The translations under genes and the position numbers were made by a program. The notes beneath the pieces were generated by a model. The model did no database searches, was not told the DNA's origin, and saw nothing but the letters and a program-made list of their open reading frames with translations. This document shows, in pieces, positions 10,435 through 20,001 of a stretch of 64,000 bases of DNA (the first letter of the stretch is position 1; every line of letters starts with the position of its first letter). Origin of the DNA: Phycisphaerales bacterium (lineage in GTDB: Bacteria > Planctomycetota > Phycisphaerae > WQYP01); NCBI GenBank assembly GCA_027451365.1, contig DAIDJN010000070.1, positions 1 to 64,000 of the forward strand. The letters run 5' to 3'.

Positions 10435-11703
10435 ATGTCTTCCAACTGGATTCTGGCGGTCTGTTTACACTGGGCAGGCGGCCTGGCATCGGCAAGTTTT
10501 TACGTTCCATACCGCAAGGTCAAGCGGTGGTCATGGGAAACCTACTGGCTGGTGGGCGGCATATTCAGTTGGCTTATCGCGCCGGTCACATTCGCTTCCA
10601 TCCTGATTCCCGGCTTCTGGCCCGCCATCTCCGATACCAGCGGCAAAACGCTGTTCTGGACCTATTTTTTTGGTGTACTGTGGGGACTCGGCGGCCTGAC
10701 CTTCGGCCTAACCATGCGTTTTCTGGGGGTCGGTCTGGGCATGGCCATTGCGCTAAGCTATTGCGCGGCATTCGGCACTTTGGTGCCCCCTGTCTTCATG
10801 GGTACTTTTGGCAATCTGGTGCATAATGAATGGGGAATTGTCACACTTTCGGGTGTGCTGGTCTGCCTGATGGGTATCGGCGTAAGCGGCATCGCCGGCA
10901 TGAGTAAGGAAAAGGAATTGACCGGTGCGGCTAAAACCGCCACGGTGCGCGAATTCAATTTTCCGCTGGGTTTCGCAGTGGCCACCTTTTCCGGCATTAT
11001 GAGCGCCTGTTTCAATTTTGCGCTGACGGCGGGAAATTCCATCAGCGTCCGGACCAGCGCAATTCTACTGAAAGATCATGGATCGGCGATATGGAAAGGA
11101 CTGCCGGAACTGATTATTGTGCTGCTGGGCGGATTTACCACCAATTTCATCTGGTGTGTTATTCTGCATTTCAAGAATCGCACCGGCGCAGAATATATTC
11201 TGCCCAAGGCGGAACCCGAAGAACTGGGCGTGATTACTGGAATTGACGGACCCGGTTACGCCGCGCCAGCCAATGAGATCACTCGGCCGGCCCGCAATAC
11301 GGGCGGTTCACCGCTGCCGTTAAATTATCTGTTTTGTGCCCTGGCCGGAACACTCTGGTATCTGCAGTTTTTCTTTTACACAATGGGTCAGACCAAAATG
11401 CCGGCGGCCCTGAAATTTTCCGGTTGGACGCTGCACATGGCCAGCATCATTATTTTCGCCACGCTTTGGGGCGTTTTCCTGCATGAATGGAAAGGCACCA
11501 GCAAACGTACGCACGCATGGATTACCCTGGGCCTGATTATGCTGGTCGGTTCCACGATAATCGTCGGCTGGGGAAACCATATCAAATCTAAGTTGCCTAA
11601 AACCAGCACCACGAAAAAGGCGGCCATGGCGGGACCCAGTCGCGCGCCGCAGCCTGCTTCGTTGGGACTTTCCGCCCGACCGGCGGCCGCGGGCCTACAA
11701 TGA
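10435..11703 (+). CDS. rhaT: L-rhamnose/proton symporter family (RhaT)
   Basis: SASFYVPY..VK.WSWETYW, LWGLGGLTFGL, GGFTTNFIWC, WYLQFFFY, LHMASII, EWKG; about 10 TM segments. Confidence 0.9.
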   Translation: MSSNWILAVCLHWAGGLASASFYVPYRKVKRWSWETYWLVGGIFSWLIAPVTFASILIPGFWPAISDTSGKTLFWTYFFGVLWGLGGLTFGLTMRFLGVGLGMAIALSYCAAFGTLVPPVFMGTFGNLVHNEWGIVTLSGVLVCLMGIGVSGIAGMSKEKELTGAAKTATVREFNFPLGFAVATFSGIMSACFNFALTAGNSISVRTSAILLKDHGSAIWKGLPELIIVLLGGFTTNFIWCVILHFKNRTGAEYILPKAEPEELGVITGIDGPGYAAPANEITRPARNTGGSPLPLNYLFCALAGTLWYLQFFFYTMGQTKMPAALKFSGWTLHMASIIIFATLWGVFLHEWKGTSKRTHAWITLGLIMLVGSTIIVGWGNHIKSKLPKTSTTKKAAMAGPSRAPQPASLGLSARPAAAGLQ

Positions 11704-11810
11704 TGCAAGACCTCTGAAATTGCCGGTTGTTACCGGCAAATCCGGAGGATTGGCCTGTTGGCTACGGCCATTGTGCGCCGCATTATTGCCAGCCAAACTG
11801 TGAGCCTTGC

Positions 11811-12401
11811 ATGGAACCGCGGCAAAATTCGCCTGATGATTCATTTTCCCGATCGCCGGGCGGGAATCCAAATCCGCCGACCGCGCAACTCGCCAACCGA
11901 GGCGGGCGACGCTGGGCAGGTCCGCTGGGTATTTTGCTCGCGATTCTGTTATCTGTGGGGCTGGTAGGTTGGCGGGGAATCTTGCGGGATATTCAGGCCA
12001 TGCGCGGTATTAAACCGCCCCAGTCCCGCGTGCCATGGATCACCAGCATGCACAAGGCGATGGCGCTGGCGCGCGCGGACCATCAGCTGATTCTTGCGGA
12101 TTTTCATGCGGACTGGTGTTTGCCCTGTCGCCGAATGAATCGAGTGGTTTGGACCAGCCGACGTGTGGCGGCGGCCGTTCATGCGTCATTTATTCCGCTT
12201 TCGGTCGATGTGGATTCCAACCGGGGAAAACTGCTGGCGCACAATTTTATGGTGCGGCTGCTGCCCAGTGTTCTGATTATTGATACACATGGCGAAGTTT
12301 TGGCGGCGGAGAATTTTATGGACAGGGCCCAGACCCTGGCATTCCTGAAACAGTCGCTGGCGACGATACACCCCTCGACAACGCGCGCGAGCGGACGTTA
12401 A
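11811..12401 (+). CDS. Membrane-anchored thioredoxin-family protein
   Basis: One TM helix, then DFHADWCLPC. Start uncertain (11727 or 11811). Confidence 0.8.
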   Translation: MEPRQNSPDDSFSRSPGGNPNPPTAQLANRGGRRWAGPLGILLAILLSVGLVGWRGILRDIQAMRGIKPPQSRVPWITSMHKAMALARADHQLILADFHADWCLPCRRMNRVVWTSRRVAAAVHASFIPLSVDVDSNRGKLLAHNFMVRLLPSVLIIDTHGEVLAAENFMDRAQTLAFLKQSLATIHPSTTRASGR

Positions 12402-12454
12402 AGCCATTGCAAATGAGCACAGACCAGAGGCCTCTCATGCGAACTGCCACAAAT

Positions 12455-12880
12455 TCAGGCAGCTGCCGGTACTTCGGGCGGCAGACTGGATGTGCACTGG
12501 GCACATTTGGTGGCGGCCAGCGGAATCGTGGAAAGGCAATAGGGGCAGGCTTTGGTGGTCGGGGCGGCCGCGGGAGCGGGTTTGATGGTTAATTTTTTAA
12601 TCTGCTCTATCACCACCACCACCACCACAAACAGAGAGACTGCAACAATGAAGAAATTAAGAATCGCCGCAAGAAATAGCCCGATCTTTATTTTGCCGCC
12701 GGCGATGGCCCACTTGGTATATCCCTGCTTGGGAGTCAACAGACTGATAGCCGGCATAATCAGATCATTGACCATGGCCGTTACAATTCCACTGAATGCT
12801 CCGCCGATGACAAAGCCGACCGCAAGATCAATCAGGTTGCCTTTGAAGGCGAAGTTCCGAAAATCTTTTACCAAACTCAT
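12455..12880 (-). CDS. mscL: Large-conductance mechanosensitive channel with C-terminal zinc ribbon
   Basis: [32 protein letters not shown]-terminal CPYC-x10-CAQC. Confidence 0.93.
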   Translation of the reverse strand: MSLVKDFRNFAFKGNLIDLAVGFVIGGAFSGIVTAMVNDLIMPAISLLTPKQGYTKWAIAGGKIKIGLFLAAILNFFIVAVSLFVVVVVVIEQIKKLTIKPAPAAAPTTKACPYCLSTIPLAATKCAQCTSSLPPEVPAAA

Positions 12881-13215
12881 GTTGTATCTCCTTCATTCTT
12901 AGTAAATAGCCGGGTTGAGTAACCAGTTTGGGGCTGGTACTCGTTTACGTGTCCGCAAAATCATAAACAAATTAACGGCCAAGGCAAGCGACGCAAAACC
13001 GATCAATGAACAATGGGATGCAATGGCGTTTAACGGGAAATAAGAAGACGTTGGGGGGCCGACTGGCACGCGGGAGCGTCCAAGATATCCCAAGCCACGA
13101 GTGACAATAAGCCACTTTTAGATTGGCAGACGAATATCGACCCGTCCAGGCGTAAATATCCAGTCTGCAATGGGTTTGGTAAATCCCGGTAAAACGGGCA
13201 CGCTCTGGCAATAGA

Positions 13216-14655
13216 TCAGACCGGCCGGGGCAGCCCGCCTGGCGGCCCATATTTGCTGGCCGCGTCATCCACCACCACAACCGTGTCATGGCCATCGGGA
13301 TGCTTGGCCAGATGCAGTTTTCCAGTATTAGGGAAATTCATTTTTATCACTGTGCTTTTGCCGCTGGCGGGGTTGAACCAGTATGCATTCAGGAAATTTC
13401 CGTCAATCACACCGGTATCCAGCACAGCAGTGATCGGCGTGGCCAAATAGGCCATTAAATAAGTGGCGTTTCGCCGACCCGCGGTACCATCGCGTGTGGC
13501 CTGAATGCGATTGGAAATCCCCCGTCCCTGCCCCGCCAGAACCAGATTCTGATCGGGAATGCGCTCAAAATAGGGACGCGAATACAGCAGCGGCTGAATA
13601 TAATGCAAATCGGCGACGGCCGGCGTGTTCAAAGCCTGCCGCCAGTTGGCCACTCCCGGCGGCCAGCTTCCCAGCATCCAGCGTTTTCGGGTGTGCGGAG
13701 TCATTTGCCAAAGTGCATCGTGACCATACGCACAACCAAACGCGCCGGCAAATACGGAAAGATACAGATTACGGCGCTGCAGGTGCGGGGGCTGATGCGT
13801 GCCCGAATCATAATAATTTTCGGCGATCATGGTCGGCCGGGGCGACGGAAGCTGATAGTCGTGCGCAATCGGACGAGTCACGTCATAGTGGGCACCCTGC
13901 TTGCTGGATGCACCCTGGATCATATAAAAATCCAGCCAGGTTTCGTGCGAAAAATACTCGGAGCAGGATCGGTTGTAACACGGATGCACGGTAATTAAAT
14001 GCCGCCCCTGACAGCCCGCCTTAAGCCCGCGCCCCAGGGCGTCGACATGTGTCGGCGAAATATAAGGCGGTGTAGATTCGCCGCCCGCAACATGAATGAC
14101 ATTGGCTTTGTTCCTGAAATGGGCACCAAGCTTCAGGCCGATGTTGTGAAGTTCCCGGGGCGTATAGATATTCATGATTCCCGATCGCTTGCCGGCCCAC
14201 ATGCTGTAGATCATGGTATACAGGCCATAATGTGCGGCACGGTCAACCAGATGGTCGCAATAGGAAAAATATTTTGGATTCAATTCGGTTTTTCGCGGAC
14301 CGATATACGCTGACTCGCCATAAGCATCCCGACCGTCAGACTGCGGATAGAAATCCAGACAGAACATGATGGCGGTAAAGCCATGCTGCTTGCGGCTGGT
14401 CAGATACAGTTCCAGGTCCGCATAGGTAAGCGCGTTGATATTCCAGGCTGTATCCGCCAGCAGAAAAAACGGCCGTCCGCTGTGGGCGTCGGCAAGAAAG
14501 CGGTGGTTGGCGCTTACCTTTAATCCGCGCGGTGCGGTGGACCATTCGGTGCTAAGCGGCTCGGGAATTGAATCACCGGCAACCGGCGTGATCGAGCGGG
14601 CCAGCATGACACCAGCGCCCACCAGCGACGTTTTTATAAAAGAGCGTCGTTGCAT
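13216..14655 (-). CDS. Tat-exported DUF4038/GH140-like glycoside hydrolase with C-terminal beta-domain
   Basis: MQRRSFIK twin-arginine signal; GRPFFLLADTAW, LITVHP, WLDFYMIQ, AYWFNPASG. Confidence 0.8.
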   Translation of the reverse strand: MQRRSFIKTSLVGAGVMLARSITPVAGDSIPEPLSTEWSTAPRGLKVSANHRFLADAHSGRPFFLLADTAWNINALTYADLELYLTSRKQHGFTAIMFCLDFYPQSDGRDAYGESAYIGPRKTELNPKYFSYCDHLVDRAAHYGLYTMIYSMWAGKRSGIMNIYTPRELHNIGLKLGAHFRNKANVIHVAGGESTPPYISPTHVDALGRGLKAGCQGRHLITVHPCYNRSCSEYFSHETWLDFYMIQGASSKQGAHYDVTRPIAHDYQLPSPRPTMIAENYYDSGTHQPPHLQRRNLYLSVFAGAFGCAYGHDALWQMTPHTRKRWMLGSWPPGVANWRQALNTPAVADLHYIQPLLYSRPYFERIPDQNLVLAGQGRGISNRIQATRDGTAGRRNATYLMAYLATPITAVLDTGVIDGNFLNAYWFNPASGKSTVIKMNFPNTGKLHLAKHPDGHDTVVVVDDAASKYGPPGGLPRPV

Positions 14656-15130
14656 CAGGTACCATTTTCTGTGTAACTGTTTACAGCCTTTCGGCCAGTC
14701 AGGCCAACAATATGCCTGAACGCAATCGGTTGTACTCCACGGCCTACGGAAATGCAAGGTCAAATCCCGTCAATAATTATGTGCTATAAAGTTGTGAGAA
14801 TAAGTGATATTTGTCAGATAAATAAAGCGGCAAAGGATTGGTCAAGACGGCATGGATATACGCACCGAACCAGATCATATGTGCGCACGGCACCGTGTTG
14901 GAATCTCGCCTGATGCATTCAACCCCTGAGCTTGCCCAGTCGGATTCTACCATCGCAGCGTTGCAACAACAGAATGCCATTTTTTTCAAAAGGTTGCCAG
15001 ATTCTAGGCGGCAGGTTCAATTTTGTTAGCCATAAGCCTCCCGCCAATAAGCGTTCCTCAGGATGCGAATCAGTTGTTTTGCCTATTGCCGGAAAAATTG
15101 GAAGACCCCGAAAAATTTTGCCTTGCCGCT

Positions 15131-15625
15131 CCGGTTGCTTCTGCATCGGGCGCGGGTTAAGCTATTCCAACCGCCGGAAAGCCGCAGCTGCGCGAATCAT
15201 CCTGAAAAAAGGGAACGGGCTTCGGACGGAACCTGAATTGTGTCCGTGTTGCCGAGGGAAATGCAGCGGATCGCGGGCACATTGCCGGGACATTGATTGA
15301 CAGGATCCGTGGCTTGTCCGGATTTATTAACCGCGTGCAGTATATGGTCCAACACATATCGGCAAACCCGCCCGCCCGCACAGGCGGCCCTCTGGCGCAC
15401 AGCCACGACCCGTGGCCCAATTCGCCGGAGGCGGCGGATTGGCCGCAGGATGGAGTAATCGCATGTTTCAAACGGCGGCCCAACAAGAGGTTGGCGTTTC
15501 AGCAGACCACGATTGTCAGCTGGATTAACAATTATTTACAAAGACTGATGAGTATACGACTCGGTATAACATCGAAGCGCGGTGCGGTGTTTTATAACGG
15601 TGTGGCACCCGCATGGCGTGACTGA
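15131..15625 (+). pseudogene. Internally deleted, truncated duplicate of the GT4 gene at 28547-29758 including its upstream region
   Basis: Exact shared blocks: 15154-15169 = 28379-28394, 15335-15353 = 28547-28565, 15584-15607 = 29114-29137. Net 318-bp internal loss; C-terminal domain absent. Confidence 0.85.
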
Positions 15626-15672
15626 CAGCGAAAAGGGTCGTCGCCAAGGCCGATAAAAGAAGAAGGACTGGT

Positions 15673-16348
15673 ATGAACCAAACCGAAGGTAAATGTTATG
15701 TCCAATACGGGTGTGGACTTTGCGCGCCCCAGGAGTTGGGTTAATTTCGACATCAGCCCGCTCCTTCGCCTGCAGCGGATGCCAATAATCGGCAATATCG
15801 TCGCGAGCCGTGGGCGTGTCAAATTCCCCAGGAACGCCCGTTACGGCGACATCGTACGAGGCCTGCCATTGCCACCCGGGTCATGCGCGGCGGTTTATTG
15901 TTCCCACACGCTCGAGCACCTCTCACTGGCCGACCTGCGTTTGGCGCTGAAAAATACACTCCGGCTATTGGAGCCAGGTGGGGTGTTTCGATTCGTTCTC
16001 CCCGATTTAGAGGCATTGGCACGCGCCTACCTGCAATCCCCAAACGCCGACGCCGCGAATAAATTCATGGCGGAATCCTTTTTGGGACTTAAATCCAGGC
16101 CGCGCCGATTGGCCGGCATCATGAGGGCTGTCTGGGGGAATTCATCGCACCTCTGGATGTGGGACTATAAATCGCTGAAGGCTGAACTGGAATCGACCGG
16201 TTTTAGCGGCGTTCGTCGGGCGCAGTTCGGCGATAACCCGGACACGCATTTCCGCCAAGTCGAGGAGGCCGGACGCTGGGAAGGTTGTCTTGGAATGGAA
16301 TGTTTCGCGCCCGCGGGCGACCGCACAGTGGCCGGAGCAAATCGCTGA
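15673..16348 (+). pseudogene. Class I SAM-dependent methyltransferase with a 1-nt frameshift near the 5' end
   Basis: AAGGA RBS + ATG 15673 reads MNQTEGKCYVQYGCGLCAPQE then stops. The remainder (WVNFD...YCSHTLEHL...LEPGGVFR) is in the next frame (ORF 15698-16348). Could also be an assembly error. Confidence 0.7.
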
Positions 16349-16389
16349 AATAACGGACACACCGGTTTCGCGGCGCGCCGCAAAAAACC

Positions 16390-16945
16390 GGCGCGGCTTG
16401 GCTCGTGAACGGCGACGAACAACCGCGCTCAGCCCAAGCCGTACGCAGACTGGCCCAGGCCATCAGAAAACGCGGTATCAACCCCGAAATTACTGCGATC
16501 TGCGGTGGCCCATTTTTCGAATCAACTGCTAAAACAGGGCTACCACCGCGGTGCCTGTATGCGAATCCTCCGGCTGCCCTTAAAGGCGGATCACCGTGTG
16601 CCGGTCAACACTTCGGCGACTTGCATTACAAGGCCGAAAGACCGAATCCAAACGTGTGCAGACCCTGCGCCCCGCCGGTGCCGATTGCCGGCACTTCCGA
16701 TGGCCAAGCCTTATGCCGCTGGCCGGCCGCAGCGCCCACGCGATCGGAATCTCCTGCGTTTGGAGGATGCCCGGCGTCATGGGCCACAGTCTGTTTTCCC
16801 TCAACCAGCGATTGATTCAACGACTGCTCATGAAATATGCGATCACGCCTGTGGCGAACAGCCTCCACACCGCGACGAGCCTTGGCAACCAGGCGATAAA
16901 GCCCGAATTGATTTATCCCGGCGCAGAACCGGCGCGGTTTAGTGT
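16390..16945 (+). pseudogene. Frameshifted, truncated glycosyltransferase (GT4-like N-terminal domain)
   Basis: WLVNGDE..AVRRLAQAIRKRG in one frame; HFRWPSL...VW.MP...PVANSLHTA...IYPGAEPARF in another; no C-terminal donor-binding domain. Confidence 0.5.
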
Positions 16946-17136
16946 CGCCCCTCACGCGACAACAGACGGGTATTCCCGAAGGTGCCACGGCCTTAGGGAT
17001 TATGGCGAGGCTCGTGGAATCCAAAGGCTGGCTGATGGCTGTTCATCCGGAAAAACAGCCACGCGCATGACACTGACGGATTGGGGACAGGTATCTGTCG
17101 TGGCGCGGGAAGATCGTATGAAATGCCGGACCGTCT

Positions 17137-19791
17137 TCAGCGGGTAATCAGGTAGTACAGCACGTTGGGAAGCAGATGAATCGTCAGGCCCGTCGGGGTG
17201 CGGGTTGTCTTAACCCGCTGACCGGCAGAGGCGCCGTTGGCCCGCAGCGCCTGAACGTGGCCCGCTGTCCACGGGGGGCTGGTAAGAGTGACTGATCCGT
17301 AGATATTTTTAATGTTCCATGGCCCCGAACCCATGGCCACAATTTTATGGCCACTGGTGCGAAAGCCGAAGGGCTTTTCCCGCGTCATCACCTGCAGCAG
17401 CAGGCGATGACTTGTGACCAGCGGGGAAGCAGTCAGCGACACCAGCAGCACGGAAGCGAACCTGTTTTGCAATGCGAATGCGGCGCTGGCCGTCTTTATT
17501 TTATGTCCCGCGGTGGTAAAGCCGACAAAGCCCTGTGCCGCCGGTGCGTTAATCGTCAGCAGACCGGATTTGAAATTCCACAACAGTTCATGGTTGGAAC
17601 TGGCCACAGTTCCTTGGTCCGGATGCAGATAATTGGCGAGATTTCGACTTTTATACGCGGTGCGATGGGTATCAAAATGGCGCATGACCGGCCCGACCAG
17701 AGCGGCGAACGGGTTAAAAATCGGGATCGTATTATTATTTACGGCCGACAGCGAAAGCAAGCCCGGTATCGCGGTCCATTCTTCCACCGCGGGCGGTTCA
17801 TGCAGGACCAGCCCCCTGCGGAAAATAAGTGCGGCCGCCGGGAACTGACCTATCATGGCCGGGCTGCAGACCTGGAACATGCTCATCTGGTGATCAACCA
17901 GGGTATCGTTTCCGACAGCGAAAAAATCCAGCCCAGCCAGACCATCCAGTGAGCCATACGCCGCGGCAAGAATCAGGCCGTCGGCGCGGTAACGGTTGGG
18001 GTTATCAAATCCGATTTCCGACATAATATTGGGAAAGCCAGCGGTTTGGATCATATTAAAAGGCATGGCTCGCGGGTGAAGGATGGCCGGCCTGCCGATA
18101 ACGGTCTGGCCGCGGGCCACGCTCCATGCGGAATTGGGGCCGGTGTGGGTAGCATCAAAATACCCATGGCGGTCCATCAGATCACCGGGGGTGTAGGTCC
18201 AGCGTTCAATTCCATCGAGCAGAGTGGGATCCGCGGTGGTCCAGTTGGAAGGAGAAATAAGCTGCTTAACATGCAATTGAGAATGCAAAAACGCAATTAT
18301 ATGCTGATAAAAATCGTGCTGCAGTGTGGCCAGAAACGTTACCTGATCGCGTATGCGGGGCAGCAATGTGGGCACCGTCTTGATTCCCTGTCGGGTCATG
18401 TGCCACGCGCCATACAGCCAGATGCGCTGGCGGGCGAAATTGTCGTGAGGGTTGGTCGCGGCGGTCGTACTTTTCGCCGCGCGATTCCATGTGGCATAGG
18501 CCGCCTTGAGTGATCCATAACGTTGCACCAGCCAGAGAGCGAATTGATGTTCAAGCTCGTGCCACTCAGGTGACGGAAAAGATTTGCCGCTCAAGTTCCA
18601 GAACAACAGACTGTCTTCGTTCTGAATTTCCACAATGGCCACGGCGGGGTCCTGGCCGAGCGGAACGCCGTTGAACGGATCCGGAGAAGTCAGAATGGCG
18701 CGCATCCACTGTCGATAAATGTGCTGCACACGCGGGTCAAACATAAGCAGACCCGACGTCCACTGGCCCGGTCTATACCCTTTTGCCTGCAATGCCCCGG
18801 CGGTTACCCAGGCGGCATAATAAGTGCTAATATCTGTATATATACCATCTTGTTTAAGCGCCCAGACCATGTATTGCAGGGCATGAAGCCGGCGCATGGA
18901 AATAATCGCCGGGGAGCGGCTGGTATTTAAGAGTGAATCATGGAACCGCACCATATTCACACCGGCGGCCGCCAGCCGACGGGCCATCAGGCGGACAAGT
19001 GCATGAGGCTGATTAATATTGGCAAAGCTGACGTTGACCCCCCAAAAACGGACGGGGCGGCCGTTGCCCAGCAGAAAATTGCCGCCGATATGGCGGACAA
19101 AACCGGTGGCCCCGGCCCGCTTTTCATTCCAGGCGCGCAGATTAATACGGTTATCCGACTCCGTCAGGCTGGGGTCCCACGCAAACCATCCAGGGGCGGC
19201 GGTTAAATTCCGCTGGCCAGGACGCATTTTGCCATCGGGAATAAACCGGTTGGATGTAAGAGCAAAGCAGTCGTAGGCGGCGATCACTTTATGGCCCGGC
19301 TTTGCGGTCAATTCAAAGGTGAAAATATGCGGACCGGCGGTCAGATAAATACTGGCCAGGCGGACCCAATTTGCGGGGAACCATTGGCGAACATTGGCGT
19401 TGCCGATGAGCGCTTCGTGATTCGTACAATAGCGCCAGGGCTGGTTGTCAAATCGGTATTTAAATGGTCCGCGCTGCGAGCATTTGCGAACCCATAGCCG
19501 CCAGTTTTGCGTGCCGGGCACCGTCACGTTATAGGTGGCAAAATAAGGCGTTTGGCCCTGCGAATCGGAAACGGTAAGCCATTGGCCGCCAGAGAGCGCC
19601 GCTTTCTGTTGTGGCGTGGATGCGGAAAGCCAGGTGGACGCGGGGAAATTGGTGGAGACAGTATGTTCCGCCTGCCACCAGACGAAGCGCGGGCTGGCCG
19701 GTTTTGCGGCGAAGGTACCCCCGCCCACTGCCAAGGTTAAAATTGTGAATGCCAAAAATGCCATGGGATGCGGTTTCAATCGATCTGCCAT
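17137..19791 (-). CDS. Secreted multidomain glycoside hydrolase, clan GH-A (GH5-like)
   Basis: Signal peptide; GRPVRFWGVN, GVNMVRFH, VEIQNED (acid/base NE), IMSE (putative nucleophile); GGAGA RBS. Confidence 0.75.
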   Translation of the reverse strand: MADRLKPHPMAFLAFTILTLAVGGGTFAAKPASPRFVWWQAEHTVSTNFPASTWLSASTPQQKAALSGGQWLTVSDSQGQTPYFATYNVTVPGTQNWRLWVRKCSQRGPFKYRFDNQPWRYCTNHEALIGNANVRQWFPANWVRLASIYLTAGPHIFTFELTAKPGHKVIAAYDCFALTSNRFIPDGKMRPGQRNLTAAPGWFAWDPSLTESDNRINLRAWNEKRAGATGFVRHIGGNFLLGNGRPVRFWGVNVSFANINQPHALVRLMARRLAAAGVNMVRFHDSLLNTSRSPAIISMRRLHALQYMVWALKQDGIYTDISTYYAAWVTAGALQAKGYRPGQWTSGLLMFDPRVQHIYRQWMRAILTSPDPFNGVPLGQDPAVAIVEIQNEDSLLFWNLSGKSFPSPEWHELEHQFALWLVQRYGSLKAAYATWNRAAKSTTAATNPHDNFARQRIWLYGAWHMTRQGIKTVPTLLPRIRDQVTFLATLQHDFYQHIIAFLHSQLHVKQLISPSNWTTADPTLLDGIERWTYTPGDLMDRHGYFDATHTGPNSAWSVARGQTVIGRPAILHPRAMPFNMIQTAGFPNIMSEIGFDNPNRYRADGLILAAAYGSLDGLAGLDFFAVGNDTLVDHQMSMFQVCSPAMIGQFPAAALIFRRGLVLHEPPAVEEWTAIPGLLSLSAVNNNTIPIFNPFAALVGPVMRHFDTHRTAYKSRNLANYLHPDQGTVASSNHELLWNFKSGLLTINAPAAQGFVGFTTAGHKIKTASAAFALQNRFASVLLVSLTASPLVTSHRLLLQVMTREKPFGFRTSGHKIVAMGSGPWNIKNIYGSVTLTSPPWTAGHVQALRANGASAGQRVKTTRTPTGLTIHLLPNVLYYLITR

Positions 19792-20001
19792 GCGAAAATA
19801 TCTCCGTGCGCAAGGTTCTGCCACTGGCATTTCCGAACAACATCCAATAGCCTGTTTATACATTATCGGCCAATTTGGCCAGCAATAATGACCCAATTCA
19901 CGAAGGGTTTATACTGAAATTTGTGCGCACATAACGCGGAGTTACTCGGCTTGTCCTTCGATTTTCACCAGTTACAATGACTGCGCTACTTGAGGATAAC
20001 G

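Noticed and set aside
12965..13040. GACGCAAAACC resembling a c-di-GMP-I riboswitch
   Set aside because: Lacks the GAAA tetraloop stem and is on the strand opposite to mscL.
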